This document shows, piece by piece, positions 7,391-17,891 of a DNA stretch of 38,209 bases. The notes below the pieces were generated by a model. The model was not told where the DNA came from. It was given only the letters and a program-made list of their open reading frames with translations, and ran no database searches. Each line of letters starts with the position of its first letter. Position 1 is the stretch's first letter. The position numbers and the translations under genes were made by a program. This DNA comes from an uncultured bacterium (GTDB lineage: Bacteria > JAJVIF01 > JAPKYR01), in contig CBDUUJ010000001.1 in NCBI GenBank assembly GCA_965370205.1, forward strand, positions 1 through 38,209, given 5' to 3'.

Positions 7391-10300
7391 TTAATAAAGC
7401 TGGAATATATGAATCCCCTTATAATATGGAACCATTTCGTAAAGATAGCTGTTATCGATTACCATGCTGCTGATTGTATATTCCCCGGGATGAACCTGAC
7501 CGAGCGCTGACGGGCTGTCCGACGGCCATACATTGCAGAAATACGGCGGCATCGGTTTCGAGCCGTGAATATACGCGAACTGCCCGACCATGGTGATACC
7601 GTCAAGCGGATCAAACGCGCCGACATCGATTGTGCTCTCGAAAGCAGGGATTGACGGGTCGCTCAGGTTCGCGATCTCAAGATCCGTATCCGTAATCAGG
7701 TAGATATAATCGCCCTGCACCGATGAATCCTCAAGGTCTGAAGCCATTGGATACGCGCCGATATAGGACGGATTCAGTGGATCGGCGACCGAATATATTT
7801 CCAGGCCGGGATCTGTATCGAGATACATACAAGCCCAATAGAAGGAAAAACCACGCGCAATGTCAGGCGCAACGAACATATCCGTGGTTGTTACAAAGGG
7901 CAGAGAACCGATGTCATATGTAACCACTTTTTTTGAGTCCAGCGCGACATACAGCGCATCATTATGCATGGCAATGGCCATTATGTCCTCGGGTAATGGA
8001 ACGGCTATTATAAGCGACAGATCGGTCGGATCGCTCGCATCGAAAAGCATCCATTGTTTCATGGACGCAACTGCCAGGATGTCATTCTGCAGGTCCAGAT
8101 AGCAGGGCGGGACCGACAGGAAAAACTCTCCAACAACATGTGCGTTTGATGGATCGGAGATATCCACAGTCTTGATTGCAGAATATCCAAACGCCATATC
8201 AGCAACAATAAGATAATCGCCGGAAACTACCGCTGACCAGGGATTATTGACCACCTTTAGACGGGCAATGGGATCGGGTAAAGAGGGATTCTGTATGTCG
8301 AACACCTGAAGCCCCGCGTTATATGGAGCAATACAAAGAATATGCTCATTAATCGATAGATGCCCCCCCAGGGAAATAAGCGGTACCGAACATTTGTGAA
8401 TCGGGGTTGAAGGAATGGAGACATCGCAGACGGTAAGCCCTGCGGAAGTATCACCGATAAACACATACGGCCAGTCAAGAGCGGTAAAGCCGCCTTCACC
8501 GGGTATATCCACCGATCCGAATTCAAAAAAACCGGGCATTGACGGATCGAGGTGCATTACATATAACCATCCATCATTGCCGCTCTTGGCATAAGCAAGA
8601 TAAATCAGATTCCCCCGGGTCGACATGCCGCGCGGTGAGCCTGCTGGAAACGGATAGGGAACTACGTCTGTGACTGCCGACGGGTCATCAACCGAATACG
8701 CATGAATCATGGCGCCATCCGCATCGCCTACTACCAGATACTTTCCAAAGCCGTCTATCTCTGTCAGCGCCATATAATATGTGTAATAGGTGATTGGGAT
8801 GCTGCCGACCTCGACAGGATCAAGCGGATCGGTTATGTAGTCATATATTTTGATTTCATAGGCGGGAGCGGAACCTGTATGGAGATACAGGTGTGTGGAA
8901 TCAAGGCATATTCCTTTTATTCCGTCAGGATACGTGATTAATCCCTCGTGCTGTACCGGGGCAAGCGGGTCAGTGAAATCAACCAGGCCTAACTGCCGTT
9001 CATCAATTCCCGAGATCGTTGAATAGTAACAATATGGATAGTGGAAATTTCCTACCTCTGCCAGGTAGTAATCCTCATTGGCAACCTGAATGGGATTCGC
9101 GGGATCGGTCAGATCATACACCCAGCACTCATAGCCGCAGAGGAAAGCATACTGATCATGAAGCCAGACATATCGCGGATTGACATAGAGCGTCTCCGGT
9201 GTCACATCGACCGGGTCAATGGGTACCACATCCACAAGCTCCCCGTCCAGTTCAAGAAGATACGGCACCACGTTATCGCAACATGGACTTCCCACTCTTA
9301 TGTAATATTGTCCGGGCATCAGCGCCAGTTCATCAAATGATAAAACCGCGACCCCATCCGCCACATAAACATCGGCTATGTGGGATTCCGACCCGTCATA
9401 CAGTCTCAGAGTCGGTTGCGTTGGCCACGGAGGATCGGCATTGGCGTTCAGCCTGATCTCGCCAGTCGCTTCATACCCGACGGGAATGTAAAACGAATAA
9501 AAATCATACCCATCATCCGGATTGCACACCTGATCGATTGCCTCACCGCCGAAATCGATCGGAACCGCCTCGCCGAAATCGTTATTGGCATCTGCCGCAC
9601 AATCCGGATCGGGGATATCGAGCGCAAGAACCTGGTATGCCGACAGGGAATCGGTTGGGGCAGGAGCTCCAGTCTGCTGGTATGTCGAACCATCCGATGA
9701 CGCAACCCGGCAGATAACGAGCGTTTCCCCAGCTTCCGATGGTTCCGCCACTCCGGTCAGGTCAGCCATGTAGACCGCTTTCTCCGCAGTCTTGTACTGT
9801 AAAATCCCATCCACTCCACTCGGCATAAGGTCCGGAGCGATAATCCGTACCGCGTCGATTTCCGGCGGTATATTTCCAGCCGCCTGACCCTGCCAGTCGA
9901 AAACACCGATCTCAAGCCTCAGAACCCCACCGCCGACTCCAAATTCATCATCATAATAGAGAGTGTTCGCAACCGTTTTAATCCCTATCCGATAGGCTTC
10001 AGGCTGATTAGCGTTCATCGGGAAATCATCGGGGACTTCCCCTGGCGGATTCGGGCTTGGCGGATTCCACGCGCAGTCAATTGCATATCCGTAAACAACC
10101 AGCGGACCCGGGTCCATCGGGAACCTGATCTCATACCGACGGGTATTGCTGCTTCCGGCAGTGAAAACCGCTCTCCCCTGATCGCTGTCCAATGGTTCAT
10201 AGCAGACCGACCCAAGATTGCTCGTTGGATATAGAATATCCGCGAACAGCTTGTATGGATTTATTGTCGCCGTCAGAGCACTGGCAGGAGCGGACGCGAG

Positions 10301-10831
10301 AATTCCATCCTCGTATCCAAGCATCCCCGGTGACGTGAACTCGGTCGGATTCCACCAGCGCGTGTATCCATCCGCATTTTCGAGACGGGTTTCATCCGCA
10401 CCCGCGTAAACGAGCGACCCGACCGCGTACGTTCCCGGCGTGATTAAAATTCCCTTCACGTCGAATCCCGCAAGCTGCGGCGATGTATCGAACGGATGCG
10501 CAAGAGTAATATCAAAAACAAACAATCCGTTCGCTGGATCATGCTCGGATGGCACCCCGGCCGCCGAGACTCCCATCGTAGAGTTAAGAACCCCGGTCAG
10601 ATTAAAATGCCATTCAGTTGATCGCAAAGGAATAATCTCAACCGAATAGCTCTCAGTATCAATCTCAACCATGTGGAACCCAAGACATTGATGCGAGGAA
10701 GAACTCGCTGATTCACCGAGCACTGGATTTTCCGTTGATGGCGCCGGGCTGGTGGGATTGTCACTACATCCCACAAGGATAAATAGAATCAAAATAAACA
10801 ACCAGGCGAATACAAGGCTTGATCGGAACAT
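7391..10831 (-). CDS. Array paralogue 2 of 7: predicted surface lipoprotein, same architecture, 1146 aa
   Basis: ORF 7391-10864 trimmed to the ATG at 10831 (GGGAGGG 8 nt upstream). The product begins MFRSSLVFAWLFILILFILVG|C (lipobox LVGC). It has the conserved N-module (SHQCLGF...LDIPDPDC), a PPC-like module (ANNDFGEA..I......DDGYDFYSFYI...LRLYDG...GQYYIRV...YLLEL), LVIVD-type blades and C-terminal IHIFQLY. Confidence 0.9.
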   Translation of the reverse strand: MFRSSLVFAWLFILILFILVGCSDNPTSPAPSTENPVLGESASSSSHQCLGFHMVEIDTESYSVEIIPLRSTEWHFNLTGVLNSTMGVSAAGVPSEHDPANGLFVFDITLAHPFDTSPQLAGFDVKGILITPGTYAVGSLVYAGADETRLENADGYTRWWNPTEFTSPGMLGYEDGILASAPASALTATINPYKLFADILYPTSNLGSVCYEPLDSDQGRAVFTAGSSNTRRYEIRFPMDPGPLVVYGYAIDCAWNPPSPNPPGEVPDDFPMNANQPEAYRIGIKTVANTLYYDDEFGVGGGVLRLEIGVFDWQGQAAGNIPPEIDAVRIIAPDLMPSGVDGILQYKTAEKAVYMADLTGVAEPSEAGETLVICRVASSDGSTYQQTGAPAPTDSLSAYQVLALDIPDPDCAADANNDFGEAVPIDFGGEAIDQVCNPDDGYDFYSFYIPVGYEATGEIRLNANADPPWPTQPTLRLYDGSESHIADVYVADGVAVLSFDELALMPGQYYIRVGSPCCDNVVPYLLELDGELVDVVPIDPVDVTPETLYVNPRYVWLHDQYAFLCGYECWVYDLTDPANPIQVANEDYYLAEVGNFHYPYCYYSTISGIDERQLGLVDFTDPLAPVQHEGLITYPDGIKGICLDSTHLYLHTGSAPAYEIKIYDYITDPLDPVEVGSIPITYYTYYMALTEIDGFGKYLVVGDADGAMIHAYSVDDPSAVTDVVPYPFPAGSPRGMSTRGNLIYLAYAKSGNDGWLYVMHLDPSMPGFFEFGSVDIPGEGGFTALDWPYVFIGDTSAGLTVCDVSIPSTPIHKCSVPLISLGGHLSINEHILCIAPYNAGLQVFDIQNPSLPDPIARLKVVNNPWSAVVSGDYLIVADMAFGYSAIKTVDISDPSNAHVVGEFFLSVPPCYLDLQNDILAVASMKQWMLFDASDPTDLSLIIAVPLPEDIMAIAMHNDALYVALDSKKVVTYDIGSLPFVTTTDMFVAPDIARGFSFYWACMYLDTDPGLEIYSVADPLNPSYIGAYPMASDLEDSSVQGDYIYLITDTDLEIANLSDPSIPAFESTIDVGAFDPLDGITMVGQFAYIHGSKPMPPYFCNVWPSDSPSALGQVHPGEYTISSMVIDNSYLYEMVPYYKGIHIFQLY
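9599..10693 (-). repeat. Conserved 5' module, copy 2 of 7
   Basis: Same alignment as copy 1. The boundary Cys codon (TGT) is at 9599-9601. Confidence 0.9.
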
Positions 10832-10882
10832 GTCGGAACCCTCCCATGTTGGAATACAATACAAAGTACAACAATTACGAAA

Positions 10883-13800
10883 TCAGTACAGATCGAATAT
10901 TCGTACTCCCTTGTAATAAAGCGTCTCATACAGGTAGCCATTATCAACAGCTAATTGAATCACTTCCCATGCATCTTCAACAGGATATATATCCCCGAAC
11001 ACGGACGGGCTGTCAGGCGGCCAGAGATTAACCGCGGTCACGGGCTGCCAGTGATCGATATCCGCATATGCATACTGCCCTTCAATCGCCAGAACATCCG
11101 CGGGCGGGTTGTACGGCAATACCACATCGGCTGTGTACACAGGCAGACCGCCCGCTGAAATATCCGTAACCTCCAGCGTGTCCGTCGTGAGGATATATAA
11201 AGTATTACCCTGAATTACCAGGTCTATCGGATCATAACCCGGCGTGTAAGAACCGACATATGCCGGACTGTTCGGACTGGAAATATCAACATAATGAACA
11301 TCCGTTGTCGAATTCCCGTACATCCAGTCGCCCCTGAAAACGGGATTCCCGAGCTTGTCGGGAAGGCTTACCGGAGTTTTTGCCACTACAACAGGCCAGG
11401 AGGTAGTATCGTAAATATCTATAGTGCCATCAAGGAGGGAAATATATATCGCCTCATCGGTTACGCCGAGTCCAATAATACTTGTCGAATACGATTCCAG
11501 GGTAACCAGGTCTGGATTTTCAGGATCAGCCACATTGAAAATCCATACCGTATCACTGTCAGTTCCGGCGACAACGATGATTTCGCCTCGTCCGGCAATT
11601 GGAAACAGGACATCGTCGAGCAGGTATTCACCCTCGACATATGCATGTCCCGGGTCGGCAACATTCAATACTTTCAGGGCAGTATATGACAGGTATCCTT
11701 CGGTGAAATACGCATGGTCCCCAAGAATCGTCACACCGAACGGCTGGTTCAGAACCATAGGCCTGAATATTTCATTGGGAATTTCAGGATCGGTAAGGTC
11801 GTACCACACATAACCTGCGCCCTCGGGGATATTTATTAAAACATCGCCGTCAGCGCAGACATAGTGAGAATCCGACACCGTGGGAAGATATCCTTTCCAT
11901 GACGGCAATGACGGATTGGAGATATCCATTACATGGAGACCGAGCGACCCTCCGCCGATATACGCGTAATCGCCTGCCGTATCCACATACCTTGCGCGGG
12001 ATGAAGTGTAGGTGCTGCTCTCATTGACCAGGCCCGGTCCGGATGAATAGCTTTTAATGTTGAGCCAGCCGTTATCGAATGTATCAATTGTGGTTGTGTA
12101 GAAATAATCATCACCGATTGAAAGATCCTGGTGAGTAGAATCAATCAGTAGTGAAGCGGCCACGGTGGAAACGCTCATGGGGTCTTCGACATCGAAAAGT
12201 CCCATGTATGTATTGGTCAGCATTACAAGAACCGTCTCAGGACCCTCCGGATCGAGCAATCCAAGCCTGATTACATTCTCATCGACGACGAATTCATTCA
12301 CATATTGCGGATTGTACGGGTCTGTGGCGATATCATAAATATAAATTATGCCACCACCGACGCCATCGTTGGCCGCCAAGAACAGGTATTCGGAATTCAA
12401 CGTGATGTAATGCGTTTCGTATGGAATTTCGAGAACATCTTCATAATGCACCGGATTCGCCGGATCGGTGTAATCGATGACATCAATGCCTGCCGGAATG
12501 GCGCCAATGCTCTCGCAGTAATACAGGTAGGGATAATTAAACGCAGGCCAGGTGGTTGTGAAATCTTTGGTCCTGGATAAAAGCTGCGGATTTTCAGGAT
12601 AGCTGACGTCATAGACCCAGAATCCCGTATATCCGCCTAAGTACAGGTTGTTGCCGCGTTTTTCCAGCCATATCGGATCGAGTATAAGTCCGTCCGGAGT
12701 CACATCAACCGGGCTGGTTGGTTTGATATCAACATTCTCCCCTTCAATTTCAAGGAAATAGGTCACAGCTTGGTCGAAACTCGAAGTAAACACATTTATG
12801 TAATACTTCCCAACGTACAGGTCCAGATCGGTAAGATTGACTGTCGCAAGCCCGTCAACACAGGACGCGCCATCAAGAACCAACCCGTTCACATCATGGA
12901 CTATGACACCGCACGAATCGGCATCGCAGAAGAACCGTAATTCTCCCTCTGCCTTCCAACCCGACCAGATATCGAGGAAATACCAGTCCTCGTCATCGGT
13001 TCCGCCACACAGATAACCGCTCACATCATCATTGACCCAGATTTCCTCAGCGTCAAGATGAGAATTATTCGAATCGGCTTCGCATTCAGGATCGATAACG
13101 TCAACAGTTAATATTTTAAACGCACTGAGGTCCGCATCCGGGGCCGGACCAAATCCCTGATCGTATGTCGATCCATCGCTCGACCCAACTCTCATGATTA
13201 CAGGAAATTCCCCTGCGACCAAAGGTTCCGCGATTCCCGTCAGGTCGGCTTCGTACATAGCCTTTGTCGCACTATTATGGATTAAATCAGCGGTAACTCC
13301 TCCAGTCCAGAGATCGGGTGAGAAAAATCTCACAATGTCCACTTCATCAGCAGTATTCCCGGCGTACATCCCCTGCCAGTCGCGGATATCTGCCCAGAAG
13401 CGAAGAACACCTCCGGATTTCCCCGACTCACTGTCATGGAAAAGCGTATTGGCGACAGGTTCAAAGCTCACAAAAAACGCTTCCGGCTGATTCGCTTCCA
13501 TTGGAAAATCATCCGGAATTTCACCCGGCGGATTCGGGACAGGCACCGCCCATGACGCATCGATTGCGTAACCGTATACAACGAGCGGACCGGGGTCCAT
13601 CGGAAATCGGATGTAGTAACGTCGTACGTTTTCGCTCCCCGCTGTGAACACCCCCCGACCCTGATCGTCATCCAGAGGCGTTAACGAAAGCCATGATGTT
13701 CCTTGAGTTAAATTCAAGCAATCCGCGAATTGCTTGTAAGGATTAATCGTCGCCGTAAGGGATGACATCGGACCCAGGGCAAGATTACCCTGGGTGTATC

Positions 13801-14314
13801 CGAACATTCCCGGCGACGTGAACTCGGTCGGATTCCACCAGCGGGTGTACCCATCGGCGTTTTCGAGTCTCGTCTCATCCATGCCTGCAAAAATAAGCGA
13901 TCCGACCGCGTATGTCCCGGGAACCATCAGTATTCCCTTCACGTCGAAACCCGCAAGCTGCGGTTTTGTCTCGAACGGATGAGTGAGTGTGATATCGAAA
14001 ACAAATAGTCCGTTCGCGGGATCGGCTTCGCTCGGAACACCGACTGCCGACACTCCCATCGTCGTGTTGAGAATCCCGGTCAGGTTGAAATGCCATTCCG
14101 CTGTTCTCACGGGAATCGGATCGACTTTCAGCGTGTCTGTGTCGATCATCAGCATGTAATAACCGAGACATTGATGCGAGGAAGATTGTATCGGCTTGCC
14201 GCACACAGGACCTTCCGGTGATGCTGCGGGAACGGTGGGGTTGCCCTGGCATCCCAACGAGAAGACCGCAATAAAGACAGCCACATGTACATATTGTGAA
14301 AGAGTCCGAAACAT
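10883..14314 (-). CDS. Array paralogue 3 of 7: predicted surface lipoprotein, same architecture, 1143 aa
   Basis: ORF 10883-14344 trimmed to the ATG at 14314 (GGAGG 7 nt upstream). The product begins MFRTLSQYVHVAVFIAVFSLG|C (SLGC). This is the most divergent N-module of the set (for example AIDASWAVP instead of AIDCAWNPP) but it is collinear. PPC-like module: SNNSHLDA..I......DDEDWYFLDI...GKYYINV...YFLEI. C-terminal VRIFDLY. Confidence 0.9.
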   Translation of the reverse strand: MFRTLSQYVHVAVFIAVFSLGCQGNPTVPAASPEGPVCGKPIQSSSHQCLGYYMLMIDTDTLKVDPIPVRTAEWHFNLTGILNTTMGVSAVGVPSEADPANGLFVFDITLTHPFETKPQLAGFDVKGILMVPGTYAVGSLIFAGMDETRLENADGYTRWWNPTEFTSPGMFGYTQGNLALGPMSSLTATINPYKQFADCLNLTQGTSWLSLTPLDDDQGRGVFTAGSENVRRYYIRFPMDPGPLVVYGYAIDASWAVPVPNPPGEIPDDFPMEANQPEAFFVSFEPVANTLFHDSESGKSGGVLRFWADIRDWQGMYAGNTADEVDIVRFFSPDLWTGGVTADLIHNSATKAMYEADLTGIAEPLVAGEFPVIMRVGSSDGSTYDQGFGPAPDADLSAFKILTVDVIDPECEADSNNSHLDAEEIWVNDDVSGYLCGGTDDEDWYFLDIWSGWKAEGELRFFCDADSCGVIVHDVNGLVLDGASCVDGLATVNLTDLDLYVGKYYINVFTSSFDQAVTYFLEIEGENVDIKPTSPVDVTPDGLILDPIWLEKRGNNLYLGGYTGFWVYDVSYPENPQLLSRTKDFTTTWPAFNYPYLYYCESIGAIPAGIDVIDYTDPANPVHYEDVLEIPYETHYITLNSEYLFLAANDGVGGGIIYIYDIATDPYNPQYVNEFVVDENVIRLGLLDPEGPETVLVMLTNTYMGLFDVEDPMSVSTVAASLLIDSTHQDLSIGDDYFYTTTIDTFDNGWLNIKSYSSGPGLVNESSTYTSSRARYVDTAGDYAYIGGGSLGLHVMDISNPSLPSWKGYLPTVSDSHYVCADGDVLINIPEGAGYVWYDLTDPEIPNEIFRPMVLNQPFGVTILGDHAYFTEGYLSYTALKVLNVADPGHAYVEGEYLLDDVLFPIAGRGEIIVVAGTDSDTVWIFNVADPENPDLVTLESYSTSIIGLGVTDEAIYISLLDGTIDIYDTTSWPVVVAKTPVSLPDKLGNPVFRGDWMYGNSTTDVHYVDISSPNSPAYVGSYTPGYDPIDLVIQGNTLYILTTDTLEVTDISAGGLPVYTADVVLPYNPPADVLAIEGQYAYADIDHWQPVTAVNLWPPDSPSVFGDIYPVEDAWEVIQLAVDNGYLYETLYYKGVRIFDLY
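13082..14176 (-). repeat. Conserved 5' module, copy 3 of 7 (most diverged copy)
   Basis: Same alignment as copy 1. The boundary Cys codon (TGC) is at 13082-13084. Confidence 0.85.
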
Positions 14315-14344
14315 GATAAAACCTCCAGGTCGAAAATTTCTCAA

Positions 14345-14353
14345 ATTATTCCA
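14345..14353 (-). promoter_or_regulatory. Degenerate extended -10 cassette (TGgAATAAT) upstream of paralogue 3
   Basis: The minus strand reads TGGAATAATTTGAGAAATTTTCGACCTGGAGGTTTTATCATG. The -10-like hexamer lies exactly 30 nt from the ATG, the same spacing as in paralogues 5 and 7. The hexamer is 5/6 and there is no good -35. Confidence 0.25.
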
Positions 14354-14386
14354 TTCAGAGCAGCTTGCCCCTTTTGTCCACCCGGA

Positions 14387-17300
14387 TTAATACAGATCGA
14401 AGATATGAAGACCCCGATCGTGGGACACCTCGTAGAGATAGCCTTCGTGTACCAATAAATCGTTCACCATATAAGGTGGATAATCATATACCGTGCCGAA
14501 GAGAGAGGGACTGTCCGGCGGCCAGGCTGAGATTATTTGGGGAACCACCTCACCCGCGAGGTAGGCGTAATACCCCGTTACCGCAAGTTCGTACACCGGT
14601 TCAGGTCCGGTAATCGTCACTGAGCCCAGGAACGACGGAGCGGTTGGACTGCTCAGGTCCGCTATTTCAAGTGAGTTGTGCGTCACCATGTAAAGCATAT
14701 CCCAGCAGATTGACGATTCGTACACGCCTAATAAGGAATAAGTGTTTGTGTGAAAGGGATTATAGGGATCACTAAGTTCGTAAATCTCTATCCCTCCTAC
14801 CGTTGAAATGTACATGTAACCGGCATGGAAAGAGAAATCCGTTCCTGCCGATGTAGGGAAAAACAATGTTTCAAAAACCGGCGAGGATGGGTTGGTGATG
14901 TTGTAGACCGCCACACTGTCGGGGAATTCCATGGAAATATACAGGGCGTTGCCCCAAATCGCTATGGCTCTGATCGTATTTATTTCCGAGTCGGAATGCT
15001 CCAGTGTCAGGTTGAGCGGATCGCTCGCATCCAGCAGGTACCAGTCATAGGTTCCGGCGACCGCGAGCCTGTCATTGTCCAGCCACATATAGGATAGCCG
15101 CGGTGTCGCAACCCATTCAGCCACAATTTCAGCATTCGGGGGATCGGAGATGTCAATCGTCTTCACAGAGAAGCGTGAGATCGACGAGTCCACAACCAGA
15201 AGGTAGTCGCCGGTAACCTGAGCCTCGCAGGGTGAGTTCATCACGTCAAGGCAGTGCTCCAATTCAGGCTCGAGGACATTGGACACATCAAACATACACA
15301 TGCCCAATTGATCTGGAATAACACAAAGCGTATCTCCGCTTATATCGAGATCATGACCGTCTTGGACATCAGGACATGTGACAACATGGCTCGGTGCATT
15401 TGGAGTTGAAACATCGCAGATCGTGAACCCGCTCTCCCCTGTGCCGATATAGACATATGGCGACTGGTGAGCTATGGAGAATGCACAAGCGGGGCCGGCG
15501 GGGATATCCAGCGATCCAACTTCGACAACACTGGGTACGCTTGTCTGTTCAAGCACGTACAGCCATCCATCGGCTCCCCAATTATTATGGGCGATGAATA
15601 TAAAATCATCCCAGGTTGTGATATCGTTCGGGTGGCCGTTTGTGAAACTGTAAGTGCCTGCCGGGTCGACCCATAGCGGGTCCTCCACATCGAACGAGCG
15701 AATGTCCTGATCGATTATTGCAACCAAATGGGTGTCGGGTCCCTCCGAATCCATGAGCGTCAACCTCTTTGGGTAGTAGGGTACATTGAAATAACCAACC
15801 TCAATTGGGTTTTGCGGATCGGAGCCATACATAAAAATCCTAACCATAGAGGTCGGATTGACGCTGGTGCCGACATACAAGTGGGTTGAGTTCATGCAAA
15901 GGCTGCCGAGTTCGCATGAGAAGTGAAGCACATCATCATGCAGAACCGGCGACGCGGGATCGGTGAAATCAATGAGATTGATCTGGGACTCATCTGGGCT
16001 GATATAAACTATGTAGTAGCAGTACGGGTAATGGAAACAGCCCCTTTTCCCATGCCAGATTTCCTCGTGGGAAAGCTGAACGGGGTTCGCAGGATTGCTG
16101 ATATTGTGTACCCAGTAGCCATTGGCGCCCAGAAGGTAGGCATTGTCACCATGAAGCCATACCTGTTCCGGTTCGCAGTAAAGCGTTGAAGGGGTTACAT
16201 CAACAGGATTCGATGGGGTGATATCAACAAGTTCCGCCCTTAGTTCGAGAAGGTAAGGACGCACCCCTTCAGGAAGATTAGACGACACTCTCAGATAATA
16301 CAGTCCATGCATCAGATTGAGTCCACCGAGCTCAATAGCCTCAAGACCTTCAAATGGACATTCACTGGCAATCTGGCTCTCCGTCCCATCGAAGAGCGTC
16401 AGGCAGGTCGGACCCGCATCACTGTAGATCTGGATTTCTCCCATTACCCCGTAGCCTTCCGGAACGGTGAAGGAAAAGTAATCCGCGTTATCATTTGGGA
16501 GACAGACCTGATCAGCTATCGATTCCCCAAAATCGATTTCAACGGCCTCCCCAAAACCATTATTCGCGTCGCCCGCACATTCGGGATCGGGAATATCGAG
16601 AGTGATAACATGAAACGCGGAAATCTGCGTGTCCGGAGCGGGAGCACCAGCCTGCTGGTATGTCGATCCGTCCGATGACGCAACCCGGCAGATAACCATG
16701 GTCTCCCCAGCCTCGGACGGAACCGCTGTGCCTGTCAAATCGACCGTGTAAATCGCTTTTTCGGGTGTCTGTTCATGCAGAATCCCGTCGACGCCGCTCG
16801 GCATAAGGTCCGGAGCTACGATCCGTACCGCATCGATTTCCGGGACAATATTTCCCACGGCCTGACCCTGCCAGTCATGCACATTCATCTGCAATCTCAG
16901 CACTCCGCCGCCGATACCCGATTCGCTGTCGTAGTAAAGCGTATTCGCGGTCGTCTTCAACGCAATCCGATATGCCTCCGGCTGGTTCGCGTTCATCGGA
17001 AAATCATCCGGAACCTCCCCCGGTGGATTCGGACTCGGCGGATTCCACGCGCAGTCAATCGCATATCCGTAAACGATCTGCGGACCGGGGTCCATCGGGA
17101 ATCTGATCTCATACCGACGGGTATTGCTGCTTCCCGCAGTGAAAACCGCTCTCCCCTGATCGCTGTCCAGTGGTTCATAACAGACCGATCCAAGATTGCT
17201 CGTCGGATATAGAATATCCGCGAACAGCTTGTACGGATTTATGGTCGCTGTAAGTTCGCTTCCCGGAGCGGATGCGAGAATTCCATCCTCATATCCGAGC

Positions 17301-17818
17301 ATTCCAGGCGAACTGAACTCGGTCGGGTTCCACCAGCGCGAGTAACCATCGGCGTTTTCGAGACGGGTTTCATCCGCACCAGCATAAACAAGCGATCCGA
17401 CCGCGTATGTTCCCGGTGTGACAAGAATTCCCTTCACGTCGAACCCGGTAAACTGCGGCGATGTTCCGAACGGATGCGCAAGCGTGATATCGAAAACGAA
17501 TAAGCCGTTCGCGGGATCATGCTCGGATGGCACCCCGGCCGCCGAGACTCCCATGGTCGTGTTCATTATCCCTGCCAGATTGAAATGCCATTCCGCCGAC
17601 CGTAATGGATGCACTTCAATCCCGTAACTCTTGGAATCCACCTCAATAAGATAATACCCGAGGCATTGATGGGAACATGCGGCAGTCTGTGATGATGCAG
17701 ATAATCCCGGATCATCCCCCGGACCGGGAAGGATCGGACTTCGCTGACACCCGGTCAGGATTATGAACAGGATAAAAATCATAAACGCGTACGCAAATGG
17801 TGAAAAGAATCGGTGCAT
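14387..17818 (-). CDS. Array paralogue 4 of 7: predicted surface lipoprotein, same architecture, 1143 aa
   Basis: The ATG at 17818 has AAGGAG 9 nt upstream. The product begins MHRFFSPFAYAFMIFILFIILTG|C (LTGC). It has the conserved N-module (SHQCLGYY...LDIPDPEC), a PPC-like module, LVIVD-type blades and C-terminal LHIFDLY. Confidence 0.9.
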   Translation of the reverse strand: MHRFFSPFAYAFMIFILFIILTGCQRSPILPGPGDDPGLSASSQTAACSHQCLGYYLIEVDSKSYGIEVHPLRSAEWHFNLAGIMNTTMGVSAAGVPSEHDPANGLFVFDITLAHPFGTSPQFTGFDVKGILVTPGTYAVGSLVYAGADETRLENADGYSRWWNPTEFSSPGMLGYEDGILASAPGSELTATINPYKLFADILYPTSNLGSVCYEPLDSDQGRAVFTAGSSNTRRYEIRFPMDPGPQIVYGYAIDCAWNPPSPNPPGEVPDDFPMNANQPEAYRIALKTTANTLYYDSESGIGGGVLRLQMNVHDWQGQAVGNIVPEIDAVRIVAPDLMPSGVDGILHEQTPEKAIYTVDLTGTAVPSEAGETMVICRVASSDGSTYQQAGAPAPDTQISAFHVITLDIPDPECAGDANNGFGEAVEIDFGESIADQVCLPNDNADYFSFTVPEGYGVMGEIQIYSDAGPTCLTLFDGTESQIASECPFEGLEAIELGGLNLMHGLYYLRVSSNLPEGVRPYLLELRAELVDITPSNPVDVTPSTLYCEPEQVWLHGDNAYLLGANGYWVHNISNPANPVQLSHEEIWHGKRGCFHYPYCYYIVYISPDESQINLIDFTDPASPVLHDDVLHFSCELGSLCMNSTHLYVGTSVNPTSMVRIFMYGSDPQNPIEVGYFNVPYYPKRLTLMDSEGPDTHLVAIIDQDIRSFDVEDPLWVDPAGTYSFTNGHPNDITTWDDFIFIAHNNWGADGWLYVLEQTSVPSVVEVGSLDIPAGPACAFSIAHQSPYVYIGTGESGFTICDVSTPNAPSHVVTCPDVQDGHDLDISGDTLCVIPDQLGMCMFDVSNVLEPELEHCLDVMNSPCEAQVTGDYLLVVDSSISRFSVKTIDISDPPNAEIVAEWVATPRLSYMWLDNDRLAVAGTYDWYLLDASDPLNLTLEHSDSEINTIRAIAIWGNALYISMEFPDSVAVYNITNPSSPVFETLFFPTSAGTDFSFHAGYMYISTVGGIEIYELSDPYNPFHTNTYSLLGVYESSICWDMLYMVTHNSLEIADLSSPTAPSFLGSVTITGPEPVYELAVTGYYAYLAGEVVPQIISAWPPDSPSLFGTVYDYPPYMVNDLLVHEGYLYEVSHDRGLHIFDLY
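16577..17671 (-). repeat. Conserved 5' module, copy 4 of 7
   Basis: Same alignment as copy 1. The boundary Cys codon is at 16577-16579. Confidence 0.9.
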
Positions 17819-17891
17819 GGGATGACACTCCTTGATTCGGGATAAAGACCCTTATGTTCAGACATGCCTCTTTAGCTGGCAATGGTCGAAA

